Assembly: GCA_029051735.1 (NCBI GenBank)
Contig: JAIDKZ010000039.1
Coordinates: 1 to 58,854, forward strand
Direction of reading: 5' to 3'
Length of the DNA stretch: 58,854 bases
DNA from: Anaeroplasmataceae bacterium
GTDB taxonomy: Bacteria; Bacillota_I; Bacilli_A; Acholeplasmatales; Anaeroplasmataceae
The translations under genes were made by a program, and so were the position numbers. Position 1 is the stretch's first letter. Each line of letters begins with the position of its first letter. The notes beneath the pieces are model-generated. The model did not search any database. It saw only the letters and a list, made by a program, of their open reading frames with translations, and was not told the DNA's origin. Below are positions 10,009 through 19,174 of the stretch, piece after piece.

Positions 10009-10028
10009 TGAGCAATCATCACTTTTTC
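10004..10028 (+). terminator. Intrinsic terminator
   Basis: Stem agtgatga (10004-10011) / tcatcact (10016-10023), loop gcaa, then TTTT. The stem includes the TGA stop. Confidence 0.7.
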
Positions 10029-10087
10029 TATGAAAGAAATTATAAAAAATATAGAGTGAATGCAAAAAGGTAAATCTTAAATAATTC

Positions 10088-10116
10088 TTGATATCTATAT
10101 TTTTTTGTGCTATAAT
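10088..10116 (+). promoter_or_regulatory. Sigma-A type promoter of the rpsF-ssb-rpsR operon
   Basis: TTGATA (10088-10093), 17-nt spacer, TGcTATAAT (extended -10; hexamer 10111-10116). Confidence 0.7.
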
Positions 10117-10191
10117 AATTAAGCATTTTTTAGAAATGCCCTTGCCTAGAAGCTATGCTAGGCCAAAAGTCCAAAAGGAGGTAAAACGAAT

Positions 10192-10479
10192 ATGAAAAAA
10201 TATGAAGTTATGTTTATTGTTCGTGCGAACTTAGATCAAGAGGCTATTAAAGCTGAGGTAGCAAATGTATCCAATATTTTTGTGAACAATGATTCTAAGG
10301 TTTTAGAATGTAAAGAATGGGGTTTAAGAGAATTAGCCTATGAAATCGAACATACACGTAAAGGATATTATGTTTGGATGCTTGTAGATGCAACTCCAAA
10401 AGCAATCAATGAATTTAATCGTATTGCAGGTTATAATGAAAATATTATCCGCCATATCGTTGTTGTTGACGGCGAATAA
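10192..10479 (+). CDS. rpsF: 30S ribosomal protein S6
   Basis: MKKYEVMFIVRANLDQEA...WG.R.LAYEI....GYY signature. Strong RBS AAAGGAGG. rpsF-ssb-rpsR order. Confidence 0.97.
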   Translation: MKKYEVMFIVRANLDQEAIKAEVANVSNIFVNNDSKVLECKEWGLRELAYEIEHTRKGYYVWMLVDATPKAINEFNRIAGYNENIIRHIVVVDGE

Positions 10480-10494
10480 TTCGAGGTGCTAAAG

Positions 10495-11007
10495 ATGAAT
10501 AAGGTTCTTTTAATTGGTAGAATTACCAAAGATCCAGAAATCCGATATACACAAACTGGTGTACCTACAGTTACATTTACTTTAGCTGTAGATCGTGGCA
10601 TGAGAGATGCTAGCGGAAATAGACAAGCAGATTTTATCAGTTGTGTAGCATGGAGAGGACAAGCAGATTTTATTTCAGGATTCATTAAGAAAGGATATTT
10701 AATGAGTGTTGAAGGTAAAATTCAAACAAGAAATTATCAAGGTCAAGATGGCCAAACAAGATATGTTACAGAGGTTGTTTTAGATGCTGTAGAAAATTTA
10801 CAGCCAAGAGATCCTAATGCACAACCTACGCAAGGCTATCAGCAAAATCCAAACTATCATCAGAATACTACTTATCAAGGATACAATAATCCTTCCTATG
10901 GTGCAACTTATCAACAAAATAGTAATGCGCCAACTTATGAGGCTCCAGCTGCGGAAGCTCCTCAGAGTTTTTCTGTAGATGTAGCAGATGATGATTTACC
11001 ATTTTAA
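10495..11007 (+). CDS. ssb: Single-stranded DNA-binding protein
   Basis: MNKVLLIGRITKDPEIRYT OB-fold N-terminus, Q/N/Y-rich linker and acidic DDDLPF tip. The ATG at 10495 follows GAGGTG. The ORF-track start at 10486 (GTG) is less likely. Confidence 0.95.
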   Translation: MNKVLLIGRITKDPEIRYTQTGVPTVTFTLAVDRGMRDASGNRQADFISCVAWRGQADFISGFIKKGYLMSVEGKIQTRNYQGQDGQTRYVTEVVLDAVENLQPRDPNAQPTQGYQQNPNYHQNTTYQGYNNPSYGATYQQNSNAPTYEAPAAEAPQSFSVDVADDDLPF

Positions 11008-11025
11008 AATTGAAGGAGGAATATT

Positions 11026-11271
11026 ATGCAACAAAATAAAAGAAACGATCGTGGCGAGCGTCGTGGTCGTAAAAAGGTTTGCTACTTTACTCAAAACCAT
11101 ATTGAACATATTGATTTTAAGGATGTTGATTTATTAAGAAAGTTTGTAACAGATAGAGGAAAAATTTTACCTCGTCGTATTACTGGAACATCTGCAAAAT
11201 ATCAAAGAAAACTAGCTATTGCTATTAAGCGTGCTCGTCATATGGCTTTATTACCATTCGTAAAGGATTAG
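11026..11271 (+). CDS. rpsR: 30S ribosomal protein S18
   Basis: [10 protein letters not shown]....I..IDFKDV.LL+KF....[30 protein letters not shown] signature. RBS GAAGGAGG. Confidence 0.97.
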   Translation: MQQNKRNDRGERRGRKKVCYFTQNHIEHIDFKDVDLLRKFVTDRGKILPRRITGTSAKYQRKLAIAIKRARHMALLPFVKD

Positions 11272-11293
11272 TAAATTAGGATATGATTTTATT

Positions 11294-11328
11294 AGACTAT
11301 TGGTTCAATCAATAGTCTTTTGTTTTTT
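11294..11328 (+). terminator. Intrinsic terminator after rpsR
   Basis: 9-bp stem agactattg (11294-11302) / caatagtct (11310-11318), 7-nt loop, T-rich tail tttgtttttt. Confidence 0.8.
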
Positions 11329-11406
11329 AAAAATAATAAAATAATCCATTTTTACTTTTAATTTTTTCAAAAAGGGTGTATGATAATGAATGGTATGAGG
11401 TGGAAA

Positions 11407-12387
11407 ATGAAAAAATTATTTATATTAATTATTATAATATTTGGATTTGGTTTGGCTTCTTGTGCAGAAGAAAAGGAACAACCAAATCATCAAGATAACA
11501 ATCCTAGTGAAGTTAATATTTATTTACCTGATGGAACACCTGCTTTAGCATTGGCAAACATGCTAGATGAAGGTTTTTCTTATAAGGAAAGTAAAACAAC
11601 ATTTCACATTGTGCAAGCGTCAGAAATTGCAGCTAGAGTATCACAAGACACTTGTGATTTAGCAATTATGCCAACTACAGCAGCAGCACAATTATATAAA
11701 AAAGGAATAAAACTACAGTTGGCAAGTGTTAATGTCTTTGGTAACTTATTTATCACTGGAACTAATGAGATTGCTCGTTTAGAGGATTTAAAAGGGAAAA
11801 GGATATTAACTACTGGAGCCACAACAATTCAAATGGTTGAGTATATCTTAAAGAAAAATAATATTCCATTTGAAGAGGCTGGACAGGTGATTGATGGAAA
11901 AGTTGCCTTATCAGTAGTGAGTGATGCTTCTGAAATTATTCCTCAGTTAAAACAAGCTGTTCAAAAAAATACAGAACTTTATGGTGTTTTAGGAGAACCT
12001 CAAGTAACTAAAGCTCAAAGCATGATTTCAGATTTGAAAATTAGTGTTGATCTTCAGGCAGAATATAAGACAATTACTTCTTATGATGGGTATCCACAGG
12101 CTTGTCTAATTGTAAAACAGGAGTTTGCTAAATCCTACCCACAATATGTGCAGGACTTTTTGAAAAAATTAGAAGGAAATGAATCATATTTAAACGCTAA
12201 ATATTCTTCTTTGCCTGAAGTATTTCAAAAATATGAAAGCAATTTAGCAAATATGAATTTTACATCTGATACAATTAAACGCTGTAATATTCGTCTTGAA
12301 AAAGCAGAATCTGTAAGTGAATCTGTTATTGCGTATGTAAAGGATTTAATTCAATTAGACTTAGAAGAGAATTTCTTTTTAAAATAG
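11407..12387 (+). CDS. ABC transporter substrate-binding lipoprotein (NMT1/ThiY/SsuA-like class)
   Basis: MKKLFILIIIIFGFGLASC is a signal peptide with lipobox LASC. GAGGTGG precedes the ATG at 11407. The general look of the nitrate/sulfonate/HMP-binding family and the SBP-permease-ATPase order support the call. Substrate unknown. Confidence 0.75.
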   Translation: MKKLFILIIIIFGFGLASCAEEKEQPNHQDNNPSEVNIYLPDGTPALALANMLDEGFSYKESKTTFHIVQASEIAARVSQDTCDLAIMPTTAAAQLYKKGIKLQLASVNVFGNLFITGTNEIARLEDLKGKRILTTGATTIQMVEYILKKNNIPFEEAGQVIDGKVALSVVSDASEIIPQLKQAVQKNTELYGVLGEPQVTKAQSMISDLKISVDLQAEYKTITSYDGYPQACLIVKQEFAKSYPQYVQDFLKKLEGNESYLNAKYSSLPEVFQKYESNLANMNFTSDTIKRCNIRLEKAESVSESVIAYVKDLIQLDLEENFFLK

Positions 12388-12402
12388 TTGGAGGATTACA
12401 CA

Positions 12403-13149
12403 ATGAAAAAACTGCTAGTTAATTTAATATATCCACTGGCAGTTGTCCTTTTCGTCTTATTTGTTTGGTATTTGGCGTGTTGGTGGATTGATGTAGATTT
12501 GATTTTGCCTACACCATACCAAGCATTTTCCAATGTGATAAATTATCTAGGGGATTCAGCTTTTTGGATATCTTTAGGATGGACTTATTTAAGATGCATT
12601 GAAAGTTTTTTGATTGCATTAGGAATTGCATTAATTGGTTCAGTTTTAGCCTATGTGTTTCATAATGTTGAAAAGATATTAAATCCATTTATGGCAGTTG
12701 TACGGTCAATACCTACTATGTCAATCATATTGATTTTGATTATCGTGATTCACCCTGAACAAACACCTATTGTTGTTGCTGGAATAGTAATTTGTCCAAC
12801 TTTATATCAAGCCTTTTTGACAGGATTTCATCAAATTGATAAAAGACTAGTAGAGATGGCTAATGTCTATCAAGTTTCTAAAAGGAGTCAAATTGTTCAT
12901 TTTTATATTCCAAGTATGAAACCAGTTATCTTAGAAAATACTGCTACAGCATTTAGTTTAAATATTAAATTAATTATAGCTGCAGAAGCATTGGCACAAA
13001 CTAGAAACAGTATAGGAAAATTAATGCAGTTTGCAAAAGTAAATATTGAGATTGAAAAATTATTTGCTTTAACAATTATAGCAGTAATTCTTAGTATGCT
13101 TAGTGAGTCTTTCATTCGTTTTTTGAAGAAGGTGATATGTCATGATTAA
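12403..13149 (+). CDS. ABC transporter permease (TauC/SsuC/ThiX-like)
   Basis: Six hydrophobic segments and an EAA-like loop (AAEALAQTRNSIGKLM). GGAGGA lies upstream of the ATG at 12403. Confidence 0.85.
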   Translation: MKKLLVNLIYPLAVVLFVLFVWYLACWWIDVDLILPTPYQAFSNVINYLGDSAFWISLGWTYLRCIESFLIALGIALIGSVLAYVFHNVEKILNPFMAVVRSIPTMSIILILIIVIHPEQTPIVVAGIVICPTLYQAFLTGFHQIDKRLVEMANVYQVSKRSQIVHFYIPSMKPVILENTATAFSLNIKLIIAAEALAQTRNSIGKLMQFAKVNIEIEKLFALTIIAVILSMLSESFIRFLKKVICHD

Positions 13150-13819
13150 ATTAAAAAATATCACAAAAAGATATAATGAACAAATCATATTTGAGGATTT
13201 TAATTTGAATATTACTGAAAATCAAATCACTTGTATTTTAGGAGAAAGTGGCGTTGGAAAGACTACCTTATTAAATATAATTGCAGGCATAACTCCTTAT
13301 CAAGGGAGTGTTTCTTTAATTGATAAAGTTTCCTATATTTTTCAAGAGCCAAGACTGATTTTGACAATGACTATTGAAGAAAATTTAAAGTTTACATCTC
13401 CCAATGCAAGTGATGAAAATATTCATTCTATCCTTCAAATGTTAAAGATAGAAGATAAAAAAAGAATGTTTCCTAATCAATTGAGTGGTGGAGAGCAACA
13501 GCGAGTTTCTATCGCAAGAGCATTTTTATTTGATGCACCTATTATTTTAATGGATGAGCCATTTTCTTCTTTAGATCTTTCTTTAAAATATCGCTTAATT
13601 TGCCATTTTGCTTCTTTATGGAAAAAAACAAATAAAACTGTAATTTTTGTTACACACAATGTGGATGAGGCATTATGGTTAGCAAATGAAATTTTGATAC
13701 TATCTAAAGGTAAAATTGTACAACAATATAATGTGGATGAAGACTTGCCAAGAGCATTAACTAATCAAGAGGAATTAAGAAAAAAAATAATAATGAATTT
13801 AATGAAGGATTCAAATTAG
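13142..13819 (+). CDS. ABC transporter ATP-binding protein
   Basis: Walker A GESGVGKTT, signature LSGGEQQRV, Walker B ILMDEPFSSLD, H-loop VTHN. 8-nt overlap with the permease gene. Confidence 0.93.
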   Translation: MIKLKNITKRYNEQIIFEDFNLNITENQITCILGESGVGKTTLLNIIAGITPYQGSVSLIDKVSYIFQEPRLILTMTIEENLKFTSPNASDENIHSILQMLKIEDKKRMFPNQLSGGEQQRVSIARAFLFDAPIILMDEPFSSLDLSLKYRLICHFASLWKKTNKTVIFVTHNVDEALWLANEILILSKGKIVQQYNVDEDLPRALTNQEELRKKIIMNLMKDSN

Positions 13820-13832
13820 GAATCCTTTTTTC
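13805..13832 (+). terminator. Intrinsic terminator after the ABC operon
   Basis: Stem aaggattc (13805-13812) / gaatcctt (13820-13827), then TTTTT. The loop contains the TAG stop. Confidence 0.7.
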
Positions 13833-13869
13833 TAAAATATTTAGGAATGGCATTTTTCATTTCATTGAA

Positions 13870-13898
13870 TTGATTATTTATAAATATTTTGATATAAT
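13870..13898 (+). promoter_or_regulatory. Sigma-A promoter of gdpP-rplI-dnaB-prfA
   Basis: TTGATT (13870-13875), 17-nt spacer, TGaTATAAT (hexamer 13893-13898). Confidence 0.65.
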
Positions 13899-13925
13899 GT
13901 TAAATTAGAAGAGGGGTGAAGTGAA

Positions 13926-16364
13926 TTGAAAAAATTTATAGCTACACTTGTTTCAATTAGTATAACTGTTATTTGCGTTTACTTTACATATTTTTTTCAT
14001 AAAGATGCAGTCTTGTTTTATGTATTTTTAGCGTTATCTATCCTTTTTTTATCTGCATCTATTGTAACAGTAATGCTTTTATTTAATAAAAAGAATATTG
14101 AAAAAATCACTTGGTTAGAAAACAGATTAAATGTTTGGAATTCCATTTCTCATCATGTATCTGCTGCAGGAGATGAAGCTTTTACAAAACTTCCCATTGG
14201 AATCATCGTATATGATTCTAGTATGGAGGTCAAGTGGGCAAATGATTATGCGAAGCAAGTCTTTAAAGATAATTTGATTAATAGTTCACTAGATTCTATA
14301 ACTAGCGGATTCATTGATGAAATTAAAGAAGGAAAAGAGCAAATGCTGATTACAGCTTATGAATCTACTTATGATGTAGTCCATAATGTGGAAAATCAGA
14401 TTTTATATTTTTTTGATGTTACATATCGAGAAGAGACTTTGAGAAAATACAATAATCGCATTACCGCTTTTGCATTAATTGATATTGACAATTTAGAAGA
14501 ATCTTTGAAGCGATATGACATGCAAGAGCAATCTAATATTCGAGGACAAATATTAGGTGTAATTTCAGACTGGTTGAGAAATAATGGATGTTGCTTGGAA
14601 AATTTATCTAGCAATCAAATGTTAGCTGTATTTGATCATGAAGCTTTAAATAAAATGATTGCAGATAAGTTTTCTGTATTGAATTCAGTTCGAGCAATTT
14701 CTGATAAGAATCACTTAAAAGCAAGTATGTCTATGGGAGTTGCTTGTTTTGATGTAGAGGCTTCAGAACTGATAACTTTAGCACAAAATGCAATAGAATT
14801 AGCAGCAAAGCGTGGTGGAGACCAAGTTGTTGTTAATATTCAAAATCAAAAGATACAGTATTTTGGCGGAAATACAAATTCATTAGAAAAAAATACATTA
14901 GTTGAAGCTCGTATTCAAACAATGGCACTTAAAGAAGCAATTGAAAATAGTAGTAATGTTATTATTATGTGTCACAATTTAGCAGATTGTGATGCGATTG
15001 GATCTATGCTTGGTGTTTGGTATTTGGCTAGTACATCTACTAAAGATTGTAAGATGGTTTTTGAACCAAAATTGGCGGATGTCACTGTACAAAAAATTTT
15101 TGAGCAAATAAAAAATCATACCAATAAATCCATTTATAATGGGTTTATTACAAAAGCAGAAGCAAAGGATTTGATTAAGCCAGATACATTGTTAATTATG
15201 ACAGATACTCAATCTCCAAGACTTGCAATGTTCCCTGATATTTTAGATTCTATTAAAAATGTTTCTGTTATTGATCACCATCGTGCATCAGATGCAGGAT
15301 ATAGTGAAACAATATCTTATTATGTGGAAACCTATGCATCTTCTACAGTTGAACTTGTTTCAGAAATGTTCTTATTTTATAACAAAAGTTTTGAGTTAGA
15401 CCCATTTGTTGCTTCAATAATGCTTGCTGGAATTGTAGTTGATACAAATAATTTTACATATCGAACTCGAACAAGAACTTTTGAAGCTGCATCAACTTTA
15501 AATACCATGGGAGCAGATATGGTATTGGTTCGTCGTATGTTAAGAGACTCCTATGAAGAGGAGAAGAGATTGGCTGAGGCAATGGTAAATGCGATGATTT
15601 ATGAAAAACGATTCGCTATCGTTGCTGAACCTAATGATACAATTATACCAGACCGAACAACTTTAGCTAAGATTTCAGATAAACTTTTGACAATTGAGGG
15701 AATTGAAGTTGCATTTACGATTGGTAGAATTGATAAAGATACTGTTGGTATTTCAGCACGTAGTAATGATATTAATGTTCAAATTATTATGGAAGAAATG
15801 GAAGGTGGCGGACATTTTAATGCTGCTGCTACCCAGTTAAAAGGAATTACAGTAGAAAAGGCAAGAGAACGATTATTAGAGATTATCAGACGTGATTATA
15901 TAGATACAGGAGATGGTAAAATGAAGGTTATTCTAATTTCAGATGTTAAAGGCAAGGGGAAAAAGGATGATATTCTAGAAGTTGCAAATGGCTATGGAAA
16001 TTTCTTGATAACAAATAATTTAGCTGTACTAGCAACTGAAGAAAATTTAAAGAAACTTGCTGAAGCAAAAGAAGAAGAAAAAATAGCAAATGAGAATCGA
16101 AGAAATGTTTTAGAAAAATTAAAAGCAGAGATTCAAGATAAATTTATTTCTGTTTATATCAAAGTTGGAGCTGATGGCAAGAACTTTGGACACATTACTA
16201 CAAAGTATATTTGTGAAGAATTTGAAAATCAAACTGGAATTCATTTGGATAAGAAGAAGGTAGAATTGCCTGCTGAAATCAATTCAGTTGGTATATTTAC
16301 TGCAAATGTTCGTTTGGATAAGGATATTGTTGCAACGTTTGAAATTAATGTTATTGAAAAGTAG
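13926..16364 (+). CDS. gdpP: GdpP-type cyclic-di-AMP phosphodiesterase whose reading frame continues, without a stop codon, into ribosomal protein L9
   Basis: TTG start after AGAGGGGTGAAG. Two N-terminal TM helices, a PAS-like segment and a degenerate GGDEF region (SMSMGVACF...[11 protein letters not shown]). DHH motifs ([18 protein letters not shown]) and DHHA1 GGGH ([11 protein letters not shown]). The GdpP-like part is 665 codons (13926-15920) and is followed directly in frame by the L9 sequence. Confidence 0.9.
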   Translation: MKKFIATLVSISITVICVYFTYFFHKDAVLFYVFLALSILFLSASIVTVMLLFNKKNIEKITWLENRLNVWNSISHHVSAAGDEAFTKLPIGIIVYDSSMEVKWANDYAKQVFKDNLINSSLDSITSGFIDEIKEGKEQMLITAYESTYDVVHNVENQILYFFDVTYREETLRKYNNRITAFALIDIDNLEESLKRYDMQEQSNIRGQILGVISDWLRNNGCCLENLSSNQMLAVFDHEALNKMIADKFSVLNSVRAISDKNHLKASMSMGVACFDVEASELITLAQNAIELAAKRGGDQVVVNIQNQKIQYFGGNTNSLEKNTLVEARIQTMALKEAIENSSNVIIMCHNLADCDAIGSMLGVWYLASTSTKDCKMVFEPKLADVTVQKIFEQIKNHTNKSIYNGFITKAEAKDLIKPDTLLIMTDTQSPRLAMFPDILDSIKNVSVIDHHRASDAGYSETISYYVETYASSTVELVSEMFLFYNKSFELDPFVASIMLAGIVVDTNNFTYRTRTRTFEAASTLNTMGADMVLVRRMLRDSYEEEKRLAEAMVNAMIYEKRFAIVAEPNDTIIPDRTTLAKISDKLLTIEGIEVAFTIGRIDKDTVGISARSNDINVQIIMEEMEGGGHFNAAATQLKGITVEKARERLLEIIRRDYIDTGDGKMKVILISDVKGKGKKDDILEVANGYGNFLITNNLAVLATEENLKKLAEAKEEEKIANENRRNVLEKLKAEIQDKFISVYIKVGADGKNFGHITTKYICEEFENQTGIHLDKKKVELPAEINSVGIFTANVRLDKDIVATFEINVIEK
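15921..16364 (+). CDS. rplI: 50S ribosomal protein L9 (nested in frame in the gdpP ORF, with its own RBS and ATG)
   Basis: [30 protein letters not shown] matches the conserved L9 N-terminal domain. 147 aa is the normal L9 length. GGAGA lies 7 nt upstream of the ATG at 15921. The gdpP-rplI-dnaB order matches Bacillus yybT-rplI-dnaC. Confidence 0.9.
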   Translation: MKVILISDVKGKGKKDDILEVANGYGNFLITNNLAVLATEENLKKLAEAKEEEKIANENRRNVLEKLKAEIQDKFISVYIKVGADGKNFGHITTKYICEEFENQTGIHLDKKKVELPAEINSVGIFTANVRLDKDIVATFEINVIEK

Positions 16365-16375
16365 AGGTTAAGAAT

Positions 16376-17722
16376 ATGGAACAGCAATTACCTACTGTGC
16401 CTTGCAACATTGAAGCAGAAAAAGCTTTAATTGGTTGTATTTTAATTGATGAAAATTTAATAGTAGAGCTGTCAGATATTCTCATGCCAGATGATTTTTA
16501 TGATAATAAGAATCGATTAATTTATCGAACGATGTTAAATTTGTTTAAAGAAGGAAAGGGAATTGATGTTACTACTGTAGTATCTTCACTTCAAGCATCA
16601 AACCTTTTAGATCAATGTGGTGGTATGGAATATATTGCTAGTATAGCAGATGTTAGCTATTCCACTTTAAACTTTGAATCCTACAGCAATTTGATTTATG
16701 AGTCATCAATTAAACGTTGTGCAATTCAAAAACTTTCAAAATTGGCTGAAGATGGATATAATCATAAATTAGAAGCATATGATTATGTTGAATTGGTTGA
16801 AAAGGAAATATTTGAATTATCCAAGAGAAGAAAGGTAGATTCTTTTAAGCCAATTTCTGTTGTAAGTAAGAATGTTATGGCAAATACAGAAAATAATGCA
16901 AACCGTAGTACAGAAGTTATTGGTTTAGATACTGGCTTTGGTAGTTTGAATCAGTACACTCAAGGATTTCAGGCTGGACAGTTGATTATCTTGGCAGCAA
17001 GACCAGCAATGGGAAAATCCGCTATGGCAATGAATTTGGCTGTGAATATAGCAAGAAGAAATAAGTCTGGAACAGCTACAGTTGCTATATTTTCTTTAGA
17101 GATGTCTGCTGAACAATTAGTAGAACGTATGGTTGCGTGTGATAGTAATATTAGACTAAATTATATTAAAAGTGGACATATCACAGCTAAAAATGATTGG
17201 ACAAGATTTAATACGGCGTGTACACAATTAGGTAAACTTAATTTGTATTTTGATGATTCATCAAATTCAACAGTTGCCTCTATAAGAGCGAAATGTCGTA
17301 AGCTCGCTAGTGATCAAGCGCTAGATTTTGTCGTTATAGATTACCTCCAGTTGATTGAAAGTGATTCTAGTATGGCTAGAGCTTCTCAGCAGGAGCGTAT
17401 TTCTAAAATATCTAGAAGTTTAAAATTGATGGCTAGAGAATTAGAGGTTCCAGTATTGGCTTTATCTCAGCTTTCTCGTGCTGTAGAACAAAGAGATGAT
17501 AAACGCCCTATCATGGCTGATTTGCGTGATTCTGGAGCAATTGAACAAGACGCAGATATCATTATGTTTCTTTATCGTGAGGATCGATATAATCCGCAAA
17601 CTCCAAGAAAAAATGAAGCAGATTTAATCATTTCTAAGAACCGGTCTGGTTCAACTCATGAAGGATTACCTTTTATTTTTACAGGAGAATATTCACGATT
17701 TAAAGAAAAGAAAGAGGAATAA
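16376..17722 (+). CDS. dnaB: Replicative DNA helicase (DnaB family; DnaC in Bacillus nomenclature)
   Basis: PCNIEAEKALIGCILID N-terminal domain, Walker A ARPAMGKSA, IDYLQLI, SQLSRAVEQR, ADLRDSGAIEQDAD. Confidence 0.96.
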   Translation: MEQQLPTVPCNIEAEKALIGCILIDENLIVELSDILMPDDFYDNKNRLIYRTMLNLFKEGKGIDVTTVVSSLQASNLLDQCGGMEYIASIADVSYSTLNFESYSNLIYESSIKRCAIQKLSKLAEDGYNHKLEAYDYVELVEKEIFELSKRRKVDSFKPISVVSKNVMANTENNANRSTEVIGLDTGFGSLNQYTQGFQAGQLIILAARPAMGKSAMAMNLAVNIARRNKSGTATVAIFSLEMSAEQLVERMVACDSNIRLNYIKSGHITAKNDWTRFNTACTQLGKLNLYFDDSSNSTVASIRAKCRKLASDQALDFVVIDYLQLIESDSSMARASQQERISKISRSLKLMARELEVPVLALSQLSRAVEQRDDKRPIMADLRDSGAIEQDADIIMFLYREDRYNPQTPRKNEADLIISKNRSGSTHEGLPFIFTGEYSRFKEKKEE

Positions 17723-17723
17723 A

Positions 17724-18800
17724 ATGATTGATCGATTGAAAATTATGGATGAAAGATATGAAGAAATTACAAAGCTTCTATCTGATCCAGAAGTTGTTAC
17801 TGATATAAAAAAATTAACAGAGCTTTCTAAGGAACAAAGAGGAATTGAAAAGGCTGTAATGCTATATAGAGAAGAAGTTAAACTTTTAAATTCAATCCCA
17901 GATTTAAAAGAAATGAAAAATTCAGATGATGCTGAAATGGCAGAAATGGCTTCATTAGAATTAGAAGAAGCTACTGCCCGTATTTCTCAAATTGAAGAGG
18001 AAGTTAAAATTCTTTTATTGCCAAAAGATCCAAACGATGAAAAGGATGTTATTGTAGAGATTCGAGGTGCTGCCGGCGGAGATGAAGCAAATATTTTTGC
18101 TGGAGATTTATTTAGAATGTATAATAAATATGCAGAATCTAAAGGGTGGAAAATCACTGTATTAGATGCAATGCCATCTGAAATGGGAGGATATTCTCAA
18201 ATTCAATTTAAGGTTAGTGGAGATATGGTATATTCATATCTAAAATACGAATCTGGTGCGCATCGTGTACAGCGTGTTCCTGCAACAGAAGCACAAGGTA
18301 GAATTCACACATCAACCTCAACAGTTTTGGTTATGCCAGAAGCAAGTGAAATTGACTTTGATTTGGATATGAATGAGATTCGTGTTGATACATTCTGCTC
18401 ATCAGGTCCAGGAGGACAAGGGGTGAACACGACGTATTCTGCAGTACGTGTGACACATGTTCCTACAGGAATGTTTGTTGCTTGTCAGACTTATCGTTCC
18501 CAGCATGAGAATAAAGCTGCTGCTTTAGAATTGTTAAAAACTAGAATGTATGATCAAATCATTCGTGAAAGGGAAGAGGCAGAAGGTGCAGAGCGCCAAT
18601 CCTTAATTGGTAGAGGAGATCGTTCAGAAAAAATAAGAACGTATAATTATCCTCAAAATAGAGTTACAGATCATCGTATAGGATTTACAATTAATCGTTT
18701 AGATGCCATCATTGATGGAAAGTTAGATTTGGTTATTGAACAATTAATAAATGAAGATCAAAAAAGAAAACTTTCTAGTGGTGAAGCAATTCGCTTATAG
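17724..18800 (+). CDS. prfA: Peptide chain release factor 1
   Basis: MIDRLKIMDERYEEI start, PAT tripeptide (RVPATEAQGRIHTS), GGQ motif (SGPGGQGVNTT). The ATG at 17724 lies 1 nt after the dnaB stop. The longer ORF-track start (17658) is inside dnaB. Confidence 0.95.
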   Translation: MIDRLKIMDERYEEITKLLSDPEVVTDIKKLTELSKEQRGIEKAVMLYREEVKLLNSIPDLKEMKNSDDAEMAEMASLELEEATARISQIEEEVKILLLPKDPNDEKDVIVEIRGAAGGDEANIFAGDLFRMYNKYAESKGWKITVLDAMPSEMGGYSQIQFKVSGDMVYSYLKYESGAHRVQRVPATEAQGRIHTSTSTVLVMPEASEIDFDLDMNEIRVDTFCSSGPGGQGVNTTYSAVRVTHVPTGMFVACQTYRSQHENKAAALELLKTRMYDQIIREREEAEGAERQSLIGRGDRSEKIRTYNYPQNRVTDHRIGFTINRLDAIIDGKLDLVIEQLINEDQKRKLSSGEAIRL

Positions 18801-18832
18801 TTAATCTCTATTGAAGGTTATATCATAAAAAA

Positions 18833-18860
18833 AACGAACGGGGAGACTGTTCGTTTTTTA
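18833..18860 (+). terminator. Intrinsic terminator after prfA
   Basis: Stem aacgaac (18833-18839) / gttcgtt (18849-18855), then TTTT. Preceded by an A-run. Confidence 0.75.
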
Positions 18861-19112
18861 AAATATATTTATTATACTTTGTTAAAAATTACATACTTAA
18901 CTTATAAATTTTTTTTCATAAAACATCCAAATGTATTCAATTAAACTTTTTATTTATTAGAATATCATTTTATATGAGCATGATTTTAAAGTCATTATAT
19001 CATCCATATGGTTAAAAGATATACAATGGATTTCTACAGATTATAAATAAATTTTAAAAAAATAAAAAGATTTATTATGTGCTTTGAATAGATCATTCCC
19101 AAAGGAAAGTAT

Positions 19113-19140
19113 TTGAATTTATGAAAAAAAATTGTATAAT
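19113..19140 (+). promoter_or_regulatory. Candidate sigma-A promoter of the GGDEF gene
   Basis: TTGAAT (19113-19118), 16-nt spacer, TATAAT (19135-19140). About 35 nt upstream of the AAAGGAGG RBS. Confidence 0.5.
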
Positions 19141-19174
19141 TAAGTGAAATTGATAATTAAAGGAGGCATTATTT

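Noticed and set aside
10431-10685. 84-aa antisense ORF across the rpsF/ssb junction.
   Set aside because: It overlaps two highly conserved genes, has no RBS, and its composition mirrors the sense-strand codons.
11272-11406. Possible TPP or other riboswitch upstream of the NMT1/ThiY-like ABC operon.
   Set aside because: The region contains only the rpsR terminator and AT-rich sequence. None of the conserved TPP-riboswitch elements are present.
17658-17723. Longer prfA ORF start (MKDYLLFLQEN...) given by the ORF track.
   Set aside because: These 22 codons lie inside the dnaB coding region and have no RF1 homology. The conserved RF1 N-terminus begins at the ATG at 17724.
18861-19112. Long (about 250 nt) AT-rich spacer after prfA that might hide an sRNA, riboswitch or small peptide gene.
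   Set aside because: I saw no stable stem-loops, no conserved-looking GC-rich core, and only very short ORFs without an RBS (for example a 13-codon ORF). It cannot be supported from the sequence alone.
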